64,000 bases of DNA from Octopus sinensis (lineage: Eukaryota). The stretch covers positions 133,982,001 through 134,046,000 of the forward strand of contig NC_042998.1 of NCBI RefSeq assembly GCF_006345805.1, written 5' to 3'. Below the pieces are notes generated by a model. The model was not told the origin of the DNA and made no database searches. It saw only the letters and a list, made by a program, of their open reading frames with translations. Positions 12,383 through 26,329 of this stretch are shown here, in pieces. A program made the position numbers and the translations under genes. Within the stretch, counting starts at the first letter, position 1. Every line of letters begins with the position of its first letter.

Positions 12383-15114
12383 AGAAAGAAAGAAAGAGAA
12401 CGATGAATATAGCAAACAGATAAACAGATACGTACAGACATTTATACATATATACATGCATAAATACATGTATGCGTGGGCCTGTACGCGTATGAATGTG
12501 TATACAAACTACTCACACGTACGAGACTCAACATGTTATGACCAAATATTCAATTCCATCTCCAATTCCAACCACCAACACCCCCAAAAACAACAACGGC
12601 AACTACATCAAGAACAGCATTTTTGACGAGCCAACGAGCAAGCCTCCCCGTAGTCAATCGACATGATACGAATAACACTCAAATTTCCTTCAAATTAAAC
12701 CCAACCATCTTAAAAAAGGCAACGATATATTCGCTAATGTCATCCCAGATACACATTTCCTGAAGCTTTATACAGTAATAAATTCATAAGCAGTGTCCCG
12801 GTGGAGAGAGAAGTTAGTCACTGATGAAGTCCTAATGCAAGACTGAAATCAATCCAGTTGATCCTTCTTGTTCTGCTCACAAAGCTATAGATAGACAAAT
12901 TGCTCTATACAATTTAATCTTTTTGTATTATTTGTTTAAAAGCAATTCCTCCACGGACTGTTAAACAGGGTACTCAGTCACCGATGAAATCACAATACAG
13001 TCTGTTTATCCCTTCTTTTTTCTGTACACATAGATACCGTAGATATGAACCAGGTTTTACACCGGTCTGTTATATATAGTATTGGCCGAAATGTGTAGAC
13101 ACACTCTATAGTACAATATACTATTAGATAAGGAAGTCATACATTACCTAGTTTTCATACTGCTGAAAAAATACGGAAGAGACGGCTTAAATGCTTTTTA
13201 CTATACATCTACACATTGAGAGGGCTAACCCAAGACGAAACAACAGCAGTAGTAACAAAGGCAGTGACGAACCAAACAGATACGTTATCGAACTATCAAG
13301 GGTCATGAGTTAGTTTCTTCTGCAAGCGTTTATTGTTTTTATCTGAACACATTGTACTTTACTTTACATTGGTTTAGTTCATTAAACTATCAGAAATATT
13401 CACCTGATTAATTTGGAATGCTTTCCAATTTGAATGGAGAAGTATATTTCTTTGATCTGCGTAATGAAACCAGCATGAAGTATCACTGGAAGACATTTTG
13501 CATTTTCTTTACAACACCAAACAATCACATCTACTTCACTATAAATACCATCACTGAAACTACAATACATCACAATCAATTTCGCCATACAAAAGTAAAA
13601 TATTGTAATTTGCTTCAAGCACTATATGTCTAAAAGAGCATTTGAGCAATGCACTAGAAAAATTAGGCAAAAAAAGTAAAGTGGGGTTAATGAATGAAAA
13701 TAACGTAAAGGATGTTGCATTATCTTACATAGGTTGTTTAATGATCCTAAAATATTTCGGGTAAAATTCTCCTTTTCAAATATAAGAAAGAGAATCCAAA
13801 AGTTCAAAGAAATGGATTGTTTTCGGTAGGTCATTCAAGTGTGTTGTAAAGCGATTTTTCCCGAAATATTAATGTAAAGCAATATTTTTCCCCTTTGTTT
13901 TCAGTCACTGAAATCACATTACATATTTTGTTTAACCCCTTAATTGCATTGCTCAAAAGTAATTTTAAAACACCTCACCTATATTATTATAAACAATTTC
14001 TGCAAATAACTTTAGTATTAAAAACGTCATTATGTTTCTGGTTACAACGTAGTCATTGGGTTTGTCTCTTTAGATGACTCGACCATCCACAATATTCTTC
14101 TACATGATCATAACTTGTTATAAATAGCATCAAATTCTCCCTGAAATGAAACTACTGTCTTACAAGAAAAAAAGATACGTTAATTCGGTGTCTCCCAATC
14201 GGATCCTCCACAACGGTAGAAGTTCCGCAAGAAATAGTAATAAGTAGGCTGATTATATGAATCTTCGAGCTATACTTTTGTCTCGATATATTCCCTGAGA
14301 CAGGAAAGTGCTGGCTCCTGCCCGTAGTTAGAAAACCAGCAGGAAAATTACTTCTAAGTAGAGAATTGTACGGGAATTTATTCTAAACATTGTCTTAATA
14401 ATTTTTCTTAAATCCTCTTTGTGGCGTTTGATTGATTTTAGCACTACCAAACTTTCCAGAAACAATTTTATGGGGTGTTTAATCTCTTATGAAATTAAAC
14501 TTTATGAAAAAGAAAGGAAAAATGATAACTTTTATGTAGAAGTTCACTTAGCCTTGAAATGTATTTGAAGAGTCCCCAAGTGTAAAAAATTAGGGGAAAT
14601 GTTGCATTAAAAATGTAGTCTTCAATACAAGAAGATGATTTGGTGACAACTGGTATGTCTTTGATCATAGTACTGCTCGATCAAGACATATGCGAAGTGT
14701 TAAATGCATCGAGAACATCATTGTGTTTCATTCCTATCGAGACCATAGCATATTTTAAGACGCAATAATAATTGTTGCATTTTGTGAAACAACATAAACA
14801 GCAGAAAAAATTTTACCATCTCGTTATTCAACATAGCAATCAACATTTTTTTATGTCCTACAGTAATTTATCTTTTCAGCTGGACAAGTTAGAATTTCAA
14901 AATTTCTTTAACAAATTTGACGTCACACACAGTCAACTGTCACGCACAATATTAAATGTTTGTTCCACTGTTTTCACCATAACAGAGTGTCAATGGCTCT
15001 GTCAAAATTACTGTTGTGAAACTCAGTGTCAAATGATATAATGAAAACAAAGTGGTGCCAAATACTATCTCTCTGTCTGTCTCTCTGTCCCCCTTTCTCC
15101 CTATAAATGTGCAT

Positions 15115-15205
<91 letters not shown>

Positions 15206-15582
15206 TATATACATATTTATAAATATAAACATATATATATATATATATACATACATTCATATTTATAAATATATACATAAATTCATATATATATATATAT
15301 ATATTGCATATATAAATATATTTGCATGTATATAAATATATATGTATATATGCATATACATATATATTTGTATATATATTATATATATATATATATATAT
15401 AATTATAAATACGTTCATATATATATATGCATATATATGAATTTATATATATATTTATAAATATGAATTTATATATAATATTTATAAACAAGTATGTGTG
15501 TATGTGTGTGTGAATCTATATATAAATATGTATATATACATAGATATGCATATGTATATATATATATATATATATTATATAT

Positions 15583-15629
<47 letters not shown>

Positions 15630-16844
15630 GTGTGTGTGTGTGTGTGTATGTACGTTTATGTAAATATGTAAATGTAGATATGTATGTATGAATGTACGTA
15701 CGTATGTATGTATTAATGTATATATTTACATAGAGACACTTTCACATTTATGCACACACGGATATACATAACCCAAGGTCTCGTGATCGTGTTGTACGTA
15801 TTATTGTTCGATTCTACCTGCAAAGTAGATTGAAGTAAAATCGAATGTCACCTGAACCTTCCATTTCTTGTGGTTTGTCAATAGTCTTAGATATCACCGT
15901 TTGATATTACACACACACATACACACACACACACACACACATATCCGGTGTAAATCTGAATATATTGTTTAGCCTTTAATTGACTATGATGTTATTAAGT
16001 GCTTTATCGCAAGTTATTTCAAATTTCAATACGTAGTCTGCTTTCATCTAAAATTATCCATTTTTATATTTCTATATCGGTATTTACTATAAACATAAAT
16101 CCAATATATTTTATTAGGCAAAGTTTAATAAAGACCGGATAGACGAGGTATACTATAGATCACAAACCTCAAATCATCAATCAGATGGAAAATAACTGTT
16201 CTGTAGCTGTTAGAGAAGTATTTTCTAAATAACCTTCATTATAGGTTCACAGGCCATTTTACAAGAGGATTAAGATATTTTAAAATATGCCTAAGTACAG
16301 CAGTTTAATGTGTAATAGTATATGCTTTTGTACCTTCAAGCAGGTCTGGTATTTTTCAAGTATATCAAGTGTTATTTAACAAGCTATATAAATTACGTGG
16401 TGGTTTCTGAATAACGCGGAAAGTACTTGGAATACATAGAGACGGGCATGTCACAAAAAAATGCGGTGGCTTAAAAATGAAAAACAAAGAATCTCCATCG
16501 GATCTGAAACCCCCTTGTATTCTATTAAGTTTTCAAAACATTGTATCTGATCTGCTGTTAAATAAAACGTTAGCGATTGCAAACAAAAGATATTTTTTCC
16601 AATGTATGTAGTCGGTATCTGAAAAAAATTTACGATGTTATTGTACTTATCTATGTGAATATATTTCTATTGTGTTTGTGTATTTTAATATTCTTTTTCC
16701 TTTAACTCACTGTAATTCTCCTAATGCATAACATGGTACCTAGTGCGATTGTATGTGTGATATCCAAATAACTAACAAACGTATATTTTGAAGAATGTAA
16801 ATTTTACTCCGTTTACGATTGATAACAAAACACTAAAATATGCA

Positions 16845-16880
<36 letters not shown>

Positions 16881-16894
16881 CGGCACACACACAT

Positions 16895-16940
<46 letters not shown>

Positions 16941-17296
16941 ATTAACATATAAACGCCAATTTATGGCTGGCTGGCTGTTATCATCTTAGTGCTAAAACCG
17001 GCAAACCAATATTCATGAAAGTTTGCGTACATGTTACACTATCATCCAGTTCAATAATAGACTAATTGGATTCAATAAAAATCTATTATGTATCCCCCAG
17101 GGACGTTGGGCGAATTATATGATGAAATGAGAAAATTGCAAAAAGTATTAATCAGAAGGAGAGGTAGCTACAGGGTAACTTATAACGGTGAAGGTAGAAC
17201 AACGGTGGCAATGGGATATGACGTTAATACAGCTGTTATATACACGCGACGCTGCATACATACGCACGTGCATGCATACATACATACGTACATATA

Positions 17297-17334
<38 letters not shown>

Positions 17335-18014
17335 TTCTATACACCATTTTAAATTTGTGATTATCTGTGTACGTTTGTAAATGTACGTGCATGTGTGTGT
17401 GTGTGTATGTGTGTGTTGGACGGCCTATGACTGTCTGTCTCTACTTTTGTAGTGTCTTCCCTGTTGCTGTTACATTGTGAGATTTTAAGCTTACGTCAAA
17501 ATTTTCAAATTTGGTAAAGTGAAATCATTTTCTACGTTAAATCCTATTTTGTTATTTATTTGTTCCAGAAAAGTGCACGAAAATGTTACTGAAGTTTAAA
17601 GTTTAATCAATTTTACCTAATCAGAAAACAGGATTTGGAAGCTGGCATTTTCTGTATAATAGCTGCGCGATAGCTGCCATTTTCTGCGTGATACCTGCAT
17701 GATAGCTATCTATCACTAAATGAAAGCAAAATATGAGAAAGAAGGATTTTTATTAAACAAACGAAAGCAAAGCATTACGACGGCCAAAGCTGTAAGAACT
17801 GAAGTTTTAATGAATAAAGCCATGTGAAAAGGTCGAACAGTCATGTAAATAATCTAAAAAGGTAAAAAAAAAATCCTCAACGAAGGTTTTTGGTGAAAAA
17901 TTGCACAAATCTGCCTATCTCTCGAGGAAGGGATGCTCTGACATGGAATAAATAAAAATTTATATAAGACATTCTATTGTAAAAATTGCCCGGCAACGAC
18001 AGGCTACTTAGCAA

Positions 18015-18052
<38 letters not shown>

Positions 18053-18058
18053 CATATA

Positions 18059-18379
18059 TCTTCTTGGCTTCGCTTCACGAACGAAGACTTACGGGCGTCT
18101 ATTGCTCATGCTCGACATGTCTGATTCGAGACAAGCAGGCACGTCCACAGATACCAACGTGGGTTGGTCAAGGCTGATCATAGTGTTCTTGTTTTCACTC
18201 TCTTTTCTCTTGGCTGCAGGTATCTTCAGGGAAGGCTGTGGCTCGGTGAATAGTGAGATGTCAGGCTTCACAGCCAGCGACAACATTAGACTACTGGTGG
18301 TGATCAATGTAGCAGGCGCCGAGGGATTCCTTGACAGAATCCTTGTACCTTTTCCTTTGTGCTCTTTTATCACGCGAAC
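18059..18379 (-). mobile_element. RTE-clade LINE 3' fragment
   Basis: Minus frames give RKRYKDSVKESLGACYIDHHQ and CGRACLSRI, typical of the RTE C-terminus; ends in ..ccaagaaga next to (TA)n. Confidence 0.7.
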
Positions 18380-18801
18380 ATAACTCCCTGGATGCAGTTA
18401 TTATTCAAACAGTTACATGAATCTAATGCACAGACATTACGATGAGGTAACGTAATTCTTTAACTGATTTCAACTAATCAAACTGTATCTCTAGTAATAA
18501 CCATTTGAGTCATAATTTCTCCATAACAGGAAACTAACTTTCAAACTCTGGTCAGAGACGAGATAAATGCCGTTGCGCCCCAGATTCCTCAATCAAACAC
18601 TACTTCTAAAATTCATGAAATTATGAAACAGGTCAAGTTAATTTAAATACATCTTAAAGCCTCTTGACGCATTTCAATTTTCCTTTTTTATACTTCTACT
18701 TACGTGGTAAACAAATTATTTTTCGGTACACACACAGAAATACACACGCGTACGTACGTATGCATGTGTGTATGTGCGCGAGTATTTCTATGTGAGTATT
18801 G

Positions 18802-18832
<31 letters not shown>

Positions 18833-19060
18833 TGTGTGTGTGCGTGTGTGTGCGTATGTTCGTGTGCATGTGTATGGATGTTAGTGTGTGTGTGCGCGCG
18901 TGCATGCGTGCGTGTGTGTATTATTCATTTAGAAAACTGCATTTTATAAAATTTCAATCCAACATGGATATATTTTTCGGCTTAACGACGGCTCCCAAAC
19001 AACGTCCAAGAAAATTAGTAATTTTATATATATTTCTGAATTAATATTAATATATATAAA

Positions 19061-19612
19061 TTAGAACGCTTTTCACCAGCAAAAACTTTCTTCAGTCTTG
19101 AATATAAAAATAGGAATACTATGTAACCAACAACAAAGACCTGGAAAGAGCCAACAGTCAAAGCATCGAATCGCTGGCCATAAAACACCGTTTTCAATGG
19201 TCAGGACATGTAGCAACAATGGAAGAGACAAGGCTGCTACGCCAAGTCCTTTTCAGCAAGCTCACTTCCATGGGTAGCCCTCTTCGAAGGTACAAGGACC
19301 AACTCAAAACAACACCGAAAGCCACTGGACTTGAGCATAAATCGCTTGAAACATAAGTCCCAGACCGTGCCACCGGCGGTGTTCCATCACCAACATAACC
19401 AAAAACTTCGAAGCCACCAGAAGAGAAAAGGAGGACATCAAACAACATGAAAGAAGGGCTCGGCAAATCGACCATACAATTACCATACAATCAATGCCAT
19501 CGACTCTTTCGTGCAAGAATTGGTCTACAGTCATCAACGCTATCTTCATAAAGGAAATAAAGAAAGCGTTCAGCAAAGATGAAATTAAATTCTCGGATAC
19601 GAGAATATCCGT
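19061..19612 (+). mobile_element. RTE-clade LINE 3' fragment with (TATG)n tail
   Basis: Frameshifted LERF.., LERANSQSIESLAIKHRFQWSGHVATMEETRLLRQVLF, RRYKDQLK and CHRLFRARIGLQS(H); followed by ~300 bp of (TATG)n. Confidence 0.8.
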
Positions 19613-19619
19613 ATATGTG

Positions 19620-19781
19620 GATAAGTATGTATATATGTACGTACGTACGTATGTATGTATATACGTACCTACGTATGTATATATACGTATGTATGTACAT
19701 ACTACGTATGTATATATATATATGTATGTGTGTATGTACGTACGTATATATGTATGTAATGTATGTATGTATGTATGTATG

Positions 19782-19812
<31 letters not shown>

Positions 19813-19912
19813 TGTATGTATGTATGTATGTATGTATGTATGTATGTATGTATGTATGTATGCATGTATGTATGTATGTATGTATGTATGTATGTATGTA
19901 TGTATGTATGTA
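19620..19912. repeat. (TATG)n-rich microsatellite
   Basis: Directly visible. Confidence 0.9.
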
Positions 19913-20051
19913 TCACTCAATTAGACATCATGTTGCTTATCCAACAGTCTACTATTTCTGATTTCATATCTTCTTTGCTTCGAATGTGTCACACAGTTTA
20001 AAAGAGAGAGCTGTCACCAAGACTACGCTATTCAATTTCACTCACACATGA

Positions 20052-20061
20052 TAATAATAAC

Positions 20062-20117
<56 letters not shown>

Positions 20118-20217
20118 TAATAATGATAATAATAATAATAATAATAATAACAACAATAATAATAATAATAATAACAACAATAATAATAATGACATCAAGA
20201 ACAACAACAACAACAAC

Positions 20218-20284
<67 letters not shown>
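20052..20284. repeat. (TAA)n/(CAA)n microsatellite
   Basis: Directly visible. Confidence 0.9.
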
Positions 20285-20285
<1 letters not shown>

Positions 20286-21113
20286 GACGTCGACGGCGAT
20301 GATGTTAATAACAACTACTACTATATGGATAAATATAGCAAATTGTGTGGAGAAGAATGAATGATGGATGTGTTCTCTTTAAAAGCGTATCAGTTTGTGT
20401 TTGTGTGTGTGTTCCATGTCTGTCCTAACATAAATGGCTGAACATGACCAACGGTGACATAAAAGTGAAAGATAACAAGAGAACTAATAATTTTTTCTAA
20501 TTAGTCACTAGTAACTTGATAAGTTTGAATCTATTCAACAGTTTAGAGTCGCTACGAAGCAATCAGGTTAGTTTAGCAGACGATCAAGTGTCTCAAACTG
20601 TGCATAGAAGTCCGATTAATACAAGCACACACGAACACAGATATGCACACACGCAAACGTGCACATACATACACTCACAATCACAGATATGCGCACATGC
20701 AAACATGCACATACACACACAAACACAGATATGCACATATGTAAAGATGTACATACACATTCACACATACACACTGACACACGCTTTCCTTTTGTTACTA
20801 TGTTTGTATTTAAGTCACGATTTCGTGAGCTGTCAGCAAGTAGATATCGAGACTAGGTTTCAATTCCCATACGATAGTGACTCACTGCCTCAACCACTAA
20901 ATAAAATGTTGTGGTAATGTGAGAGGAGAAAAATAGAGTGAAATGAATAGAATCGATGCAGTAAACAAATGAAAGTTGTTTTATTGGCCCTGGAGTGTTG
21001 AGCGACGAAGTATAGCTTGGGAAGATTTGAAAACGGAATCAAGAGATCCAAAAAACAAATCGGAACCTTTTAGCTTGACACTACCAATATTAACGTTCGT
21101 TATAACAATTTTT

Positions 21114-21741
21114 GGATCTTTACCTTTTGACCTACAGATTTAAAAAATAATTTTTTGTAACTAAGCACTTTCAAACTTCGGACACTGGTAGAATGTGTCA
21201 TATAAAACATCTTTTACTTTTAGCATTTTTGAGAAAAACTTATATTTACGAAGTTATTTCACGTTAAAGTTCTCGTATTTCAGTAATTTCAACCAATCAA
21301 TGACGTGTATTCAGCTGAATAAAATTACTGCTGTTGTTAACAAGAACTTCCAGCGGTGTATATTCGTTTGTCACTGTTATTTATGACAACCCTAACCCTA
21401 ATCCTAACCCTAAAACCCTAAACCCAAAACCTTAAAACCAGTACAAAGGCACGAACGATGTCATGAATAACAGTGATAAACGAAAAATACACCGCGGATA
21501 GTTGTTGTTGACAAACAACGGCAGTAATTTTATTCGGCTGAATACAAGTCATTGATTGGTTGAAATTACCGAAATACGAGAACTTTAACGTGAAATAACT
21601 TCGTAAATATCAGTTTTTTTTTTCAAAAATGCTAAGAGTAAAAAATGTTTTATATGACACATTCTACCCGTGTCCGAAGTTTGAAAGTGTTTAGTTTAAA
21701 AAAAATGTTTTTTAAATATGTAGGTCAAAAAGCAAAGATCC
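21114..21741. mobile_element. Foldback/long-TIR non-autonomous element with a telomere-like central spacer
   Basis: Arms 21114-21388 and 21459-21741 are reverse complements (GGATCTTTACCTTTTGACCTAC.. / ..GTAGGTCAAAAAGCAAAGATCC), roughly 90% identical by eye; the 70-bp spacer holds degenerate (CCCTAA)n. No TSD found. Confidence 0.85.
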
Positions 21742-22054
21742 CTATTTTTTGTTACTGCACTTCACTTTACAGCTTCACATTCTTAACGGTCTTCACTTCT
21801 TACCTCAAGCTTAAAACCAATTTTTAAGTCCCAAAACAGCCCTTATCCATCAGATCTTCGATCAAAGGTGTTCAAGAAATTATCATTCTTTCTGTTATAT
21901 TTTGTTTCTTTCACAGAAAGTGTGCGTAGTGTATCACATTTTTCACGGAGTCCCTGCCCTATTGATAGTAGAGTGTGAATTGAAGGCGGCTGTTTCTAAC
22001 AAATAGAGCGATTGTATAGAAGCTCTCTTGTTTCTTAAGTTAATAAATGTATAA

Positions 22055-22340
22055 TATACGAAGGTATTCTTTCAGAAGAAAAGATATCGTCGTTTTGGAT
22101 GAGGCTTATTGTATAACAAAAGGGAGTTCTCAAGAAAGCATTTCTCTATTTTTCACAGTAAACGAACCCAACATACAACGCTTTGCGAATATCTGTCGTT
22201 TTGTCATTGTTACTCGTTTGCTGCTGAGAATTATGAGGATTGCACCGAAGAACCATTCCACTCTGAGTGGACTCAGACACTGAGAATTAAGCGTTTTGGC
22301 CAAGAATGTGAAACATTGTCAAAGAAAGTGCACTTCGAAT
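22055..22340 (-). mobile_element. Possible mariner 3' remnant
   Basis: Minus RKALYVGFVYCEK* loosely resembles the mariner C-terminus (..GDYVEK*) and ends at ..ccttcgTA, a TIR-like end. Weak. Confidence 0.3.
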
Positions 22341-22377
22341 GATTTGCCAAAAATGAAACACAATCGGTGAGGAATGT

Positions 22378-22494
22378 TGGCTTGCTTGCCTAGCCAGTGA
22401 GGTGACGTCATGTGAAGGTCAAAACAATGCAAAACGCATTGTGGCCAGCGATGTGTAAGAACATCTGATAGCCTGGTCGGTCACGTGATCACAT
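22378..22494 (+). mobile_element. SINE family B 3' fragment
   Basis: aaaacaatgcaaaacgcattgtggccagcgatgtgtaagaacatctgatagcctggtcggtcacgtgatc matches the family B tail. Confidence 0.75.
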
Positions 22495-23119
22495 GAACAT
22501 ATTTGATACAGAAATATTAGAACTTCGGTGTGGATTGATATTTTGAAACATTAATATAAACTTGTGCAATTTAAACATACTGCGACCATTCCAATTAACA
22601 TATTACTTGGAAGCTGTACTCGGAGTATAAAACTATTTCGACCGCTTTAAACATCATATTACTAACGGTGTATAGTCATGAGTATAAAAATATTACCACT
22701 TCAAATTTTATATTAATAGGAATGTGAAGTCAGAGTAGAGTAATATGGCGACTATTCTGAGCAATAATTTTTTTAAAACACTACACTTAAAAGTTATTTT
22801 TCACTATTTAACTACAAAACTATATTATTACTTAAGGCTGCACTTCACTATACATTCAAAATACTACCCTATACTATACTATCTACACTACGATAGACTA
22901 CATACACTAGCTACACTTTACATTTAGATTACACTGTACGCTACGTTACATTACAAATATGTGTGGCGGGAGGAATACAAGAATTACTTATACCTGTCTC
23001 ATTATATCTATATATCTTCTTCCACGTACAGTTTAAAATAATGACACCATAACAACAGCAAACCAATTATTTGGGTCTTTTCCTTAATGCGTGCGAAAAG
23101 GATTAAATCTCAAGAATTA

Positions 23120-23665
23120 AATTAATGCCTCGATATACGAGTTAATTTGTTCCTGGAAACCGCTCGTAAAGCAAAACCTCAAAAAGTGGAGCAATAATTT
23201 CCCATAGTAGCAATGCTATAAATCGTAATCCGTTCCTAGAAAAATATTTTACTGATAAAATTTATAATACTCGTAAATAAATGGCAAAAAAACAACAGTA
23301 GAATGTAAAGAATATTTTATGTAAAGTAAAAAGAATGTCAAGATCATTTATAATAAAAAATGTTATTATAGTCGCTTTCTGAATCACTTTCAATCACACT
23401 AGACTTGCACACATTTGTAGACGTGATCACCGATTCATAAGCTCTCGTAGACGGACTTGTAGAGTTGTTTGCTTAGAAGAAGCTTTTTTTCGTTCTCCAT
23501 AAATTTCTCGGTTACACGCAGAAGCATTTCTTATGGTAGTAGAAACTTTTGCTTTCGTTCAAAATATGGATCTTAGCTGTTTAACCTTTTTATATTTATT
23601 ATAAAATAAAAACTCGTAAGCCCGGGGTCTCGTAAAGCGGGTCCCCGTAAAGTGAGGTATCGCTG
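23120..23665. mobile_element. Tigger/pogo-like MITE
   Basis: Right end cgtaaagtgaggtatcgctgTA is a partial inverted match to left taatgcctcgatatacg; internal repeated ctcgtaaagc motifs typical of MER44/Tigger-type MITEs. Confidence 0.5.
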
Positions 23666-24759
23666 TACTTTAGAATTACCAAGGCTTATTTCAGAAAGAA
23701 GTTTGTGAGCATACATTGCTGAGTCTCGGAGCTTCTGGTTGATAGAAACCATTCTGGAAAAAAAAAAGGTTTTGCGATAGAAGCATGTAAAAAGGGACTT
23801 CTATAGTTTGAGGCTGTAGTGTGGATGACCACTTACTTGTGGAACCTTTCTGGACTGATACGGCTCTGTTAATCATGTGCATCGAGGGTAGTAGTTTAGA
23901 TTATCTGAGGTGCTTAAACTGTAAAGAAACCGAGTTGCCTTAACAACTAAACAACTACAATGATAACATACACAGCAGTGGTTACCTATCTCAAACTAAG
24001 TACCAATTATTGTAGGAGTTGGCGAGAGGGATATTTTGCTTGGATTGGTACAGTATGCAAATAAATGTTATTTTATTGACTCTTGAATATTGAACGACAA
24101 CGTAGCACTCGGCAGAATTTGAACGCAGAATGTATAGATCACGAACCAAATAATTTGAAGTATTCTAGTATAACACTCTACCATTACAACTATTTTCATT
24201 ACCTCCTAACCCATCTTCTTCACATCCTCACATCTTTAATTGCCTCCATTTCCACCACCAAACAATATATTCAAAAACAATAAGAACAAGCACAGTAAAA
24301 GTAAGAAGAGAAAGATCACCATAACAACAAGAACCAGGAGAACAAGAATAAAAACAATACAGCCAATCAACTATATCACGTTAAATGGCTCGAGCTAATT
24401 TACTTTTAATAAAACCTTACCTTTTTTTCTCCTCTGCCTTTTGCAGGCAATGGACACATTAAGTGATTGGAATAAATAGCTAAATAACCATAGAATCCCA
24501 TCTTGATCCAAATATTTATTTAGAAAGTAAATCCTAGGATTATCTCCTACAATGCTTAAGTGGAATCGATTAAGGTATTTCCAGAAGCAGTAATTGGGTT
24601 CTTTCCAAAAATGTATGGACAAGCAAAGATAATTCTAAATGTAAAGTGCTAGCAATCTTATCACATTTCTGTTTCGCTAATATAGTCAGGTCTCGGGTGG
24701 TGGAGGCTTAAAGGAAGCAAATATTCTGAAGGAAGTCATGAATCCAGCTTCCTCTGCTT

Positions 24760-24760
<1 letters not shown>

Positions 24761-24804
<44 letters not shown>

Positions 24805-24872
24805 TTTCATCCTTTTCTTCTTTCTTTCCCATACTCTCTCTCTTCTTCTTCTTATTCTTATTATTATTATTA

Positions 24873-24938
<66 letters not shown>

Positions 24939-24958
24939 TATTATTATTATCATTATTA

Positions 24959-25003
<45 letters not shown>
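24761..25003. repeat. (CT)n followed by (TTA)n microsatellite
   Basis: Directly visible. Confidence 0.9.
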
Positions 25004-25004
<1 letters not shown>

Positions 25005-25336
25005 CTTTCTGTACATTTGCCTTTTATTTGTTTTGTTTCTTCCTCTTGCCCCTTCATTCCTTAAACATTAGCGCAAATCGAAGCCTACGCTTATATATAA
25101 GAGCAAATATGTCACATAATATTAACAGAGTAGGCTAATATTTCTATTGTTGTCAATTTCATTATTTTTGTTGTTGCTGTTGTTATTCCTCCAATTATTG
25201 TAATTATTGTTATTATCGATCTCATTATTATATTATTGTTGTTAAAACCCTTGTAAAAACGTGTCCCTTATGGCAATTAAATCGGCGCTATCATCACCAT
25301 CATCAACACCAGCAGCAGTTCTACTACTACTACTAC

Positions 25337-25385
<49 letters not shown>

Positions 25386-26024
25386 TGTTGTTGTTGTTGT
25401 TGTTATTGTTGTAGTAGTGTATGTGTATCCTTACATGTATGTGTGTACGTGCATATGTGTGTGTGTACGTGCATATGTGTGTGTGTGTGTCTGTGTGTGC
25501 TTTCATTGTATTTATAATATTCAATGTAATGTGTCCAGTACCTAGTAATGCCATAATTTGTGTGCTATGTACATAATATGTACGATATCCTGTTAACATA
25601 TTACTTACTATATCACTTCCAGTGATCTCATTATAAAGCCGCTTCTGTTTTCAATCCCTTTGCATTTTGTTTCACTCTATTTTCAGATCATATTTTTAGA
25701 TAATCTTTTGAGTTTGATATACATATTAGTAAAAGACGATATTTATGCGAGTGTCTTCATCAATAATATCTAACTGAATGATTTTCTTTGTTTTTTGTAT
25801 CAGTGAGAGGCGATGTCTTAGAATATGGGTATAAAGTTAAGTTTTTGCAGTTTATGTTTGTTATAAGAGGATTCTATAAGACATTCAGAGATTTCAATAT
25901 GTTTAGCATCTGAATTTGTCATTTCTGTGTATACAAAACTTTGTACCAAGATTGGGTATCCAAAAGCAATGTGCCAGACGCTTGTTGACACTTTCTTCAT
26001 GATTTGCAGAGTGTGTGTGTGTGT

Positions 26025-26057
<33 letters not shown>

Positions 26058-26329
26058 TGCATGTGCGCGTGTGTGTGTATAAGGTATCTACAATGCACTT
26101 ACAGATTTTTGTTTCTGTTTGTAGCAAAATTTGTCACTCGCGTAGCACAAAATATAGTTTCCTTCTAGATAATATGTTGTAGGTTTGGACTTGAAATGTT
26201 TAATAATTTGTCGTTATTACGTCGAGATATCTACTATACTTTCCGGAGAGAAGAGTTGAATTATCCTTGAGGAGAAGGGTATTTTTTCATTAATTGTTTT
26301 TTAATATATTAATTTATTAGGAATAGCAA

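Noticed and set aside
17100-17230. Possible exon after ..cccccag (TLGELYDEMRKLQK..)
   Set aside because: Weak pyrimidine tract, ambiguous donor, unrecognised peptide.
17985-18015. Helitron-like 3' end (gcccggcaacgacaggctacttagcaagt)
   Set aside because: Hairpin imperfect, CTAG not intact, and no 5' end or Rep/helicase sequence seen.
21389-21440. Interstitial telomere or fusion site
   Set aside because: Short, degenerate, single orientation, and located in the spacer of a foldback element.
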